The notes under the pieces are model-generated. The model was not told where the DNA came from and did no database searches. It saw only the letters and a program-made list of their open reading frames with translations. The position numbers and the translations under genes were made by a program. Source: Salisapilia sapeloensis CBS 127946 (lineage: Eukaryota; Protista; Oomycota). From it: a stretch of DNA of 64,000 nucleotides. The DNA lies in the NCBI GenBank assembly GCA_023334545.1, contig JAADVB010000028.1:1-64000 (forward strand). Reading direction: 5' to 3'. Below, piece after piece: positions 54,704-64,000 of this stretch (its first letter is position 1; each line of letters opens with the position of its first letter).

Positions 54704-56590
54704 TCAAGTATCTTTGTCTGTTTCTCTTAGTCCGAGCTCTTGTGCGGCATGTACGAAGGTCGCTCGATGTAGCTTTGACGACACGTACGATCCATGCGTA
54801 CGCTTTGGTTCGGGATACAATCGATGGAAACTCTTGACGAGATACGGGATCATATCCTCCAGCATCGTCTACGGATATGAATATACTTATCTAGGAGATT
54901 TATGTAGGTAGAAATGTACCTGAATCATGCATGAAAGATGTTCCTGTAGCTCTTGATGCCGTTCGTTCTTCTCCTGAAGTCCATTCTGATCCATAAAATC
55001 GGCAGTGGTTTGCAGCAGCATCATGAACGAGTTATGTAGCTCTGCCGACAGACGCGAACGTAAAGATGTGATGGTGCACAGTCGAAGTTCATTCAACGAC
55101 ATGAGCACTGCATTCGTAAAGTCTGCCAGTAATGGTGTCGTAAGGAGGACTCTAGGTGGCGCGTACTCATCTGTATGAGCAGAGCTGGAGTCCTGATGCG
55201 GCGTGTAGATAGCTACGCGATTGCTGCTGGAGTTGTCTGGTGCATGAGCTTGTAGCTTGTCCTTGAACTCGAGGGCAGCACGACGCCAGGACTGGGCCAT
55301 GAGTCCACTTACGTGGTCTTCAAAGTAGACACTCAGCACCGCTCGAAAGTCGACACCGACACGTCCTAAGGATGACCCAAAGTAGAGACTTTGCTCCAGT
55401 ATAGTCGCGAGCGAGCTAAAGTCATCGATTTTAGGAAGCTGTCTGCATACAGTAGTTAGTTTATTCGATTCGATAGCAAGATTCGTGAGAAAAGAGGTAC
55501 TTGATAAGGATTTGGATAAAATCTGCGACAGTGGAAGTGGCCCAGCGACAGAGAGGAGGATCTACTTTTCCATCCAGAGTCTATGGATTGGCTAGTTAAT
55601 ACAAGAGACGACAGGGAGGTATTTAGATGCATACTTCACTGCCGAAGATGGCCGAGTACTGCGTTACGAGATCGAACCAGCTCGTGCGCTTGACGTCGAT
55701 AACTTGAGTGATGTGCTGGTATGCGTCGGTGATGGGAATGCTTCGTGTGAGTGAGTTTAACCAATTATTTCGACAGAAAAGGAATTCTTCCTTGAGTTTT
55801 TCTTCATAGTCTGGGGAATCGGCCGAGTGTAAAGGCGTGTACTGGTCGAGACGACGGAGGTACCCGACGGCCCGAACGCAAGAAGAGAGGTCGATGTCTT
55901 CACGAAGTTTCTCGAGCAGCTTTTCACGCAACACGAGCTTTAATTGTGCTATTTCTTTCACCTGTATGCATGTATATGAATATATGGAGTTTAATAATGA
56001 AAAAAGAATTAATACGAGTAGTTGCAGAGCAACATTGGAACTCTGGGAACTTGAGGGATCCTCGAGCATCTCTTTGACAAATTGGACCATGTCCAATGCC
56101 GATTCAAACATTTCTTGTCGAATACATGACTCCAATAGATGCGGCATTTCCAGCAATTCAGACAACTAGTGGTGTCTATTAGACCTATAAAATTGGTAGG
56201 AGCAGATAAGCAGAAGAAATGAACCTGCAAGTAGTGATCAAAGACATGCTGAATGTCGTTCTGCTTCTTGACGGCCGTCTTGGCGGTAGTTTCGAAGTCT
56301 GCACAATGCTCTTTCAGCGTAGGTAAGCTGTTACGTATATCTTGTGCCGACTGCTTCAATTCGCGTAGCTACACACGCATTTTGTGTTAATTATCATACT
56401 CGTCTACGCTTTGGATTGCACAAGATACATCATTTTGGACGATACTGGAGCATTGACTGCTTTGAATAAAGACATGATAATTGTCCAGCACAAGGGATCG
56501 CAATTCCGTTGCAATCAAGTCTCCTTGCTCTTGCAATCGCTTTGGTTCCGTCCGCAAATCTGCCAACGAATGTACCTCGAGCTCACTCAT
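54704..56590 (-). CDS. COG8: Conserved oligomeric Golgi complex subunit 8 (Dor1; multi-exon)
   Basis: SLADLRTEPKRL...LDNYHVFI, LSELLEMPHLLESCIRQEMFESAL, LSSCVRAVGYLRRL, RTSWFDLVTQYSAIF, GVDFRAVL and PPRVLLTTPLLADFTNAVLMSLNELRLC. TGA at 54704-54706. Confidence 0.9.
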
Positions 56591-56975
56591 TTTTGTGTGT
56601 CAGGCTTTGGTGTCAATGTTAATAACATTTATCGGGTACTTAACGAACTTCAGTTCGTCACTTGTACAGCCATGCTTCAACATGACAGAGAGGAGGCATG
56701 ATCTACTCTTTATAGCAGAATCAATACGTAATAGCGCGTCCGTACAGATGCTACATATGTGCATGAAATGCATTATTCGAGAGGGATCAGGAATGCATAA
56801 TTATATATAAGATTAGGCAAAAGCATGCGATTCGTGCAAGTACACGCAATCCGCAGATGGTGGAGACTGAGTCGCATCCTCAGTACGTGGGGACGGACTA
56901 GTGCTGAATCGAAAGCTGACATGGCAGCATTGCGTTTCCAATCCGACAACACGAAAAACCTTTGCACGATTTTGT

Positions 56976-56991
56976 TTAGTTTACATTTTGC
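56976..56991 (+). promoter_or_regulatory. INR/FPR-type core promoter motif upstream of the small SET gene
   Basis: TTAGTTTACATTTTGC is near-identical in layout to the PDK element TCAGTTTGCAATTTGC and lies 27 nt before the ATG at 57019. Confidence 0.5.
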
Positions 56992-57018
56992 TACCTCCAT
57001 CACAAGTAGCCTTTCATC

Positions 57019-57800
57019 ATGCTCCAAATCTTCCGTTCGCCACGCGTCACGTCGAATCTTATTCGCCACGCACGATGTGCATTGACGACATCCTCTGCAA
57101 CAAATGCTGCTTCCATTCCTGAAACAAAAGCACCGATCCGCTATGTCCCGGAAGGTGCCAGTGGAAACTACCTCATCGAACAAGTGTATGCGTTCATTAT
57201 CTTACTCGAGTACATTGTCATGCTAAAGTCGCATCTGTCTACAGGAGTGAAGAATGGAGATCGTGTATTGCAGGCACGAACTTCCCAGCAGACTCTGTTG
57301 TCGGTGTAGCGCATGGCACTGTGGTACGTTTCATCTTTTATCTCTCCTCTGATCTCCTCCGGACACGTTGTTGACACTTCCACTAGCAACCAGCAGCAAC
57401 TCGGTTCACGATCCAGATCACTGATGACAAGCACTTGGACTTTCGTGGCGGACTGGAGTTCGTCAACCACAGTTGTGAGCCCAACACGCGTGTTGTCATA
57501 GCCGAGCACTCGAACGAAGTCGCGTTCGTGACGACGCGAGATGTTCAGCAAGGTACTTCCTATACACTCGATCGTCTTATCCATACCAACTAACGCACGT
57601 ACCTAGGTGAACACTTGAGCTTTGACTACGACACGAGCGAGTGGGATATGGACGAGAAATTCGACTGCAAGTGCGGCAGTCCGTCCTGTCGTGGTCACAT
57701 TGGTGGTGCCAAGTACTTATCCAAGGATCAAGTGACAAGAGCTCTCCCACTCTTTACGCCAAGCATTTTGCGTGATCTACTACACCAGAAGCTGAACTAG
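57019..57800 (+). CDS. Small SET + post-SET domain protein with presequence-like N-terminus (3 exons)
   Basis: RFTIQI..DKHL, EFVNHSCEPNTR, TRDVQQ|GEHLSFDYDTSEWDM..KFDCKCGSPSCRGHIGG. The N-terminal 30 aa are rich in R/S/T with no acidic residues. Confidence 0.85.
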
Positions 57801-57918
57801 ACCTTTGGACACTGTTATGATCCGAAAGGCTAAGTACAGAATTGTATCGTTCCTACAAGCGATAGAAAGAATAAAGTGGATGTCGTCTCATTCTTTCGTT
57901 ATGCGTTCATTAGTCAAC

Positions 57919-59371
57919 TCATCGCTCACGAGTCGACTTGGGAGGGTACGTCGTCGGGTCATTCACCAACGCTTGGTTCCACTCGGTTAGCAAGTTGGCT
58001 GCTCCGACCAAAACCTGCTTGTCCTCCGCTCGAACCAAGACAGCCATGGCCTTGCGCCGGTTTCCAGACGCCTCGGCTTCTTCCATCGCCTGCTGATCTT
58101 CCTCCGTGCTAGATCAGAGAGGTTAGTCGTATGCTATGAACAGCGCATATGATGAAGACATACGTCGTCGGGAAGTTCTGGAGACGCTTGATGCACAATG
58201 CCTGGAGGTTCTGGTACACTGCCTGCTCATTACGTGCCGTGATAATCGACTTTTCGAATGCCTACATTTGTTCCTTGTTAGCATACATGATATACTTGTG
58301 TGTTAGCGCTAGATCGTACGGATTCGCAGTCGTTAACTTCCTGTTCATTCGTCAGAATGACTCGCAGCGTCGCCAGTAGACGCTCGTCAATGTCATCGAC
58401 GTGCAGTGTGCCCTCAAAGTCATACGTTTGGTTGGCCGTGCTCTCATGCTTGTCCAGCACTGACTGTTTAACGTTGACGTTCGGATCTGTCGGAGCAACT
58501 TTCATCCAAAAGTCCACACCTTTTACTTGGTTCCCAGGGACGACGAAGCCGTACGAGTACAAGAGTTTTGCGTTCGAGTATCGTCCATAGCTGATCTCTA
58601 GTTTCTCCTGTGCCTTGGCATTGTCGATCAGACGATGCTCGAGCATCTCTGTCTCTTCGTTCATCGAGACAAAGTCATCGAGAGGGTTTTCCAGATGCAC
58701 ATTGTGATTAAACATGTCCATGAGAGGACACAGGACACGGACGTAGACTTCACCTTTGCCAATACCGAATGCACGACTCCAAATGACAGCTAGCGCCCAC
58801 TTGTACTTGTTTAAAGTGAACTCTTCGTAAGGGCCGAAGACGTCTGGGAACTCATCACGCAGAGGTTTGTACAAGGTGTCAAAGTCCTGAGCAATCTGCT
58901 TGTTCATCATGTTAGTAAGCAGCAGGACGTTGGTGTTCTGCAGTTCCTGTAGTTCTTCTTCAGACCAGAAGATGGGCAGGTCAAACTCCTGCGGCATCGT
59001 CTGGATGAACGGGCCGTAGAAGGACTGATCACCTTTGCTCTGCTCGTGCATCAGATGCAGAGCAAGCATTTCATCCGGTGGCATGTCGACATGTTTGCGC
59101 AAGACTGGCGCCAAATCCGTCTGCATGGCGGACTCAATGGACATGGTCAGATGGAACGGAATGCGAAGTGTCGATTGACCTGCATGCGATTGATTAGCAT
59201 CGAAAATGGACGGGATGAGATTTCCAGCTTGATACCTTTCAAAAGCGCTTCTTTCGCAACGATGCCATAGCCTTCACTTTCGTTAAGGAACTTGACTTCC
59301 ACTGGAGCTTCCGGAGCCCCCTTCGTCTTGAGCCACTCTAGTAGCTTGTCAATAGCTGCTTGATCCACCAT
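57919..59371 (-). CDS. Rubisco-LSMT/SETD3-like non-histone SET methyltransferase (4 exons)
   Basis: LLEWLKTKG, EGYGIVAK, LALHLMHE...SFYGPFIQTMP, YKWALAVIWSRAF, LCPLMDMFNHN, ISYGRYSNAKLLYSYGFV and LLATLRV. TGA at 57919-57921. Confidence 0.88.
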
Positions 59372-60094
59372 CTCGCTTATCTACTTGTCTGCATTGGTTG
59401 CGAAAAGTCGGAGGTAAATTAACGAGACGAAATGAAGATTATTTTCTAGGTCATCCTGCTTGCCTAAGTTTCCAGTCGAGATATGTCGGACGTTTAGTGC
59501 TCCAGCTAGAGGCGATGTGATAATGTACACATGAAGGCATTGGTATATGCATTATGCTATATGCATAGCTGTGGGTGGTGGCAGTATATGGTTGATACGC
59601 TACAAGTTACCATGCAAAGAGAAGTAGGTTTCTACAGTACTTGACGTAGCAAAAGCGATAGTAGCTTTGTTTGATCCTCTTCTATTGTTCTCACATTGAT
59701 ATCGTCCATCATGTTTGGTCTCTTGTGTAGCTTTTCGTCCAAGCAGCTAGTACTTTTGAAGGTCTTGCATACTTTAGATATGATATGCTTCCTTTTGAAG
59801 GATCTGGAAATGGACTTCACAAGTAAGAATATTGAATGGGGGTATGAGCGTTGGAGCCGCTAGGTATTGCCACTTAGTATACTTCCTAACCTTTGAGGTT
59901 TCGTTTGATGTACTTGCAGCTTTTTACGTGCAGTATGAAGAGAAAATATCAACTTAGTACCTCCATGTTTACTTTCAACAAACTTTTATATTAATCTGGT
60001 TTTCATGTCACTTTTACTTGCTCATTTAAAAGCAAATGACTCATTTTTGTAGAGCCTTCAGTAATAGCCGACTTTGGATATCGTACTCAAAGCT

Positions 60095-63000
60095 CTACAG
60101 ACAAGACTCCATGATGTCCATGAAGATGTCTTTGCAAATTTGTTCTTGAAGTTCACCACCTTCTTGTCGGAGCAACAAGCTCACGAGACCATCATTTCGT
60201 CTGCTAGAGCGCGGAGAAGTTATTATTGATGGCGATTGTACCGGTAGATTGGACGATGAATTGACGAGGAGTGCTTGTCGTTGAGTATATGTAACGAGGT
60301 GGCCGACGTCAACGCGTGCACGAGATTGTACCAAGTCCCGAAGCTTTTCTGCTTGATCTGCTGGTGCGCACTCAGCATACTGAACACGCCGAACTTTTAC
60401 ATCGGCATAGTCTTGCATTCTAGAGCCAAGCTCGAGAGCACATTGGACACGAGAAAGTGTGGATTGGCGGACACGTTTTAAGAGATCACCTGGCGGTATA
60501 ATCCCAGAGATACTTTCCTTAGCAAGGCATTGCTCCGCGATAGTTTGTACAGTTGATTGCCATATCTGTTGCACCTGATCTAGACTAGCTTGTGGAAGCT
60601 TGGAAAGCTCAATCTACTCATTCACATTTAGATGAGCTGTTATACAGGTGTAGATTTACAAATATTGATACATACCTTATCTGCGGATATTGATATCGAC
60701 TGAACGAGTGCCTCTACTTGTTCTGCTTCTGATGGAGTGGTAGGAAGTTGTGGTGTTTCATGCAATGTGCTTATATCGCTTTCTTCATCTAGTCTATCCG
60801 CTTCTAATATGGCTGCAGGTGTTGGAGCGACCGATTTAGATCGCTTGGCATGGATATCCGTCACCCACTGCAGCGAACCTTCTAACATTTCGTCATATAG
60901 TTGAAATAGAACACTTTCTACCACAGCTTCTGTCGGCTGTGAGGGAGTATTCTGTGGGTCCGAAGATGCATTGTCTTCGTCATGAGTAGACTCATTCTGG
61001 TCTTGAGTCATACCTTCATATTCGTCAACTTCTTCTACCTCTTCGTCTACTTCTTCGATCGAATACTCTTCTGGTGGTGTCACTTTATCTTCAAGTAAGC
61101 TTTCAGAAGTTACAGTCTCATTTTCTTCTCCGAAGTAAGATTTAGCGACATCATGCTGTGTTTGGTGCGTCTGACCATCATCTACAGCTTCAGATGTAAG
61201 ATCTCCATCCTTTTCATTATCGGTGGGCGCGACGTTAGCACTTTGGTCTTGTTCGAGCTTTGCTTCCTCTAGCTTGTTACAGTTATCTAAGTCTTTCATC
61301 TCTTTCTGTAAAGGCACATCCAGGTTTTCTTTCGCGTCTGGAGAAAATTCGGCTGCTTCGACGGCTGCATACTGTCTCTTGAGCTTGGTGTCATTATAGA
61401 CATCCGTCATGTCCTGCAGTACCATGCTCAGCAAGTCTGAGAATATAATATCCGTCGTACGCTCCACATCAGCTTCTGCTACGACACGCTTGCTACTAGT
61501 CTGCACTTCAAGCCAATCAGTCTCGTTCTCTACTTGAATTCTTTCCTGCTTGTGATCTTCCCTATTTTGGTTGTAAATCTCCATCTGCATGCCAGTGTCT
61601 AGATCCTTGGCTGCAGATGAGATGAGGTCGTCTTTATCATTTACCTCACTAGTCTCTAATTCAACGAAGACATCACTCGTAGTACTTGACTCGACGACTA
61701 GTTCTCGCGTATACTTCTCTACACTTCCAACTGCTACAACGACATTTTCAACGTAGTCGTATCCATTCAAGAGGTCAATCCTGGTCTGAACTACCGACGC
61801 AGGTTTTATCAGTAGATTGTCCTCTTCACCTGTATTCAGTCGCTCGTTCAACACGCCATCCTCTTCAACGCCTGGATCGCACATATCAGCTTCATCATTC
61901 TCGCACACGCGCTCCAGAAGAGGCGTATCTCTAAGGGTATTTCCTTGCCCAGCTACCACCGCCCCTACATCCTCAACATAATCAAATGTATTCAGCAGAT
62001 CCGACTTGGTCTCTTCCTCCACAACTTCCGATTGCGTCGCCACGATCGCCATCTCGACTTGTTCCACATACTCAAACGACTGAAGCAAATCGTCTTCGTA
62101 TCCACGCTGGACACGCTTTTCATACTCCACCTGCTTTTGTCTCAGCCAAGACGCTTCCATTCGATTCCTGCGACGAATGAGGTCTAACTCTGCTTCTTTC
62201 CTTCGAAGATGTGCTTCGACTTCTTTCGTCTGCTCCCACAGCGCTACTTCATCTGCACTCAGCTTTCCCTTCTGCTCTTCCACACGAAGACGATGCTGTA
62301 CTTCCAACACTTCTTCCTTTCGAGCATCGATCTGTGCCTTCAGTTGGTCCAGTCGCTTCATCTGTTCCTCAATGCTTTTCGAAAGCACTTCACTCTGGGA
62401 GCCTTCGATACGACCACTATCATGGCTTTGCATCATATTTATGGAGGTTTTTACAGGTATACTTGTGCTGTGTTCTTGAAGCTTTTCATGTACATCCACT
62501 AATGCAGACTCGATTTTCACGAGAGATGGATCATCCGATTCATCTGCTTCTTCCTCTTCCCCTTCCTCGACAGAATGAGCCTCTGTGACTGGAAGCAATA
62601 TAAGAGGTTTGTCTTGTTTTATCGACTCATCAACTTCAAAGCTTTGGCTGTAATCATTTGCTTCAGAGGTGCTTTGTGCAGTCTCTTCGGTTGCTTCTGT
62701 CGCTTCATTTGGAAGAGTACGCTCTGCATCAGTGGAGGTTTCATCATCATAATCGTCTTCGTAAGCATCTGCGCTTTGACTCGCACCGTCTTTGATACTG
62801 GAAGTATGCGTTTCAGCAGCAACATCCGGGTCCGTCCCTATAGCACTGTCCTCATCGATAGCTTCAGACTGTGCCACATCGTTTCTATCGTATGTTTCTT
62901 CATCCTCTGCTATGGTGGCATTATCATCAATGGACTCTGCCTGTATATCGTCATCTCCATACGTAACTTCGTCCTCGACCTCGTCTTCCTCTTTTTCACT

Positions 63001-64000
63001 ACCATAGCTTACGTCACTTTCCACTTCATCATCTCCACTCTGTACGTCGACAGCCTCTTTACCAACTTCCTCAACTGCATGTTCATCGACTACGGCACTA
63101 CTACTAGCCTCATCACCTTCAAATTCATCCAAACTATATGAATAGCCTTCTTCCGCATTCCTATCCCCTTGGTCTTCGTCATACTCATACTCATCACCTT
63201 GTTGGTCGTTACTTAAATGCGTCTCCGCATCCTCCATCGTATTACCATAACCAGAAGCTATATGCAATTCTTTATTCAAGACTGGATACTGAGTGCGGAC
63301 GAGATGCATTTCATCTGCAACTCGTCTCTCTATAGCTGCCTTTGCAAGCACAAGCTCTTCTTCGACATTCATCCCTAACGCCATGTGTGCTAGTTCATTC
63401 ACCTGTCGTCTCTCTTCCTCAAGACTAAACTTGGCTTGCTCCTGTTCTAATAACTGTACCTTTGCAGCAAGCAACTCGGTAGCTCTCTCTCGCTTTTGCG
63501 CGATTTTAGACGCTAAACTACTATCATCTGCATTGTCTCTCGTCTCTAAATTCTTTCGCAACGTGTTGATTTCGTCTAGCAAAAGCTTTGTCGTGGAAGA
63601 GTCATCCGATATGGATGTATGCACTTCCACCATAGTATTACCCGCTTCACTCCTGAGTTCTGTCTCCACTCCTTCCGTCTCAGCGTCTTCAGCTTGAAAA
63701 GTATCCTCGTATGTATTGGCATCCTCAATCTCTTCTGTCTCTCCAGCATCCACTTGAAATGAGTCTCCAGCGTACTTGTTATCTTCGTCAATCTCTTCAA
63801 TCTCACCATTACTCGAAGAAATTTCCGATGGTTCATTTCCACTTACATCTTCGATCTCTTCCATCCGACTTTTGCTATCTATTACGGAATGTCCTGCAGA
63901 GGCAAAGTCCTCCGTGTATTCGCCATCCGGCATACTGCTCTCATCCATTTGTTCATTTTCTGATGGCGCATTCTCTTCTGAGACTACACTTTGCTCCACC
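60095..64000 (-). CDS. 5'-truncated giant acidic coiled-coil protein, CEP350/DUF4378-like (tentative)
   Basis: More than 1100 aa of Glu/Asp-rich sequence is open from the window end. An intron gtatgt...gagtag near 60620-60679 joins a last exon ending QEQICKDIFMDIMESCL*. Helical motifs QKRERATELLAAK, TTDIIFSDLLSMVLQD and ESVLFQLYDEML. Confidence 0.6.

Noticed and set aside
59372-60094. 63-aa minus-strand ORF at 59632-59820 as a further exon of the giant acidic gene
   Set aside because: The upstream exon already ends in TAG at 60095-60097 after a plausible C-terminal helix, and no supporting splice signals were found.

Overview
This is gene-dense eukaryotic nuclear DNA, not prokaryotic. It carries about 33 protein-coding genes on both strands, many split by short GT-AG introns of roughly 50-80 nt. 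I reconstructed several exon chains by hand, which fixes many starts and ends that the ORF track gets wrong. The organism is probably an oomycete or related stramenopile. This is an inference from INR/FPR-type core-promoter motifs and a BiP ending in HDEL. Recognisable housekeeping genes: WDR61/SKI8, ARPC5, CSN1, pyruvate dehydrogenase kinase, glomulin/ALF4-like, Alba/RPP25-like, eIF3c, an SLC43-type MFS transporter, a short tRNase Z, NBR1-like, RHBDL4-type rhomboid, sphingosine-1-phosphate lyase, BiP, a PhnP-like hydrolase, COG8 and two SET-domain genes. I found no rRNA, tRNA, CRISPR array or recognisable transposon. The most unusual signals are protein architectures: (1) a 1448-aa membrane protein with six PFxGG..Q..GW repeats fused to an F-box-like segment and a RING-CH-like finger; (2) its divergent neighbour, a type I membrane protein with a LamG/lectin-like ectodomain and a beta-adaptin-appendage-like domain in its own cytosolic tail; (3) a tandem pair of orphan paralogues sharing a neurabin/Phactr-like RVxF...DR PP1-docking module; (4) a LYR-like + YccV/HspQ + TPR protein; (5) an ARM + PHD + GNAT-like protein; (6) a degenerate ATP-grasp protein. 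Gene spacing is extreme: as little as 45 bp between divergent ATGs and 4 bp between convergent stops. Several stretches (22.6-23.6 kb, 30.85-31.6 kb, 34.4-37.3 kb, 39.85-40.85 kb) could not be resolved. All domain calls come from reading motifs by eye, with no database searches.
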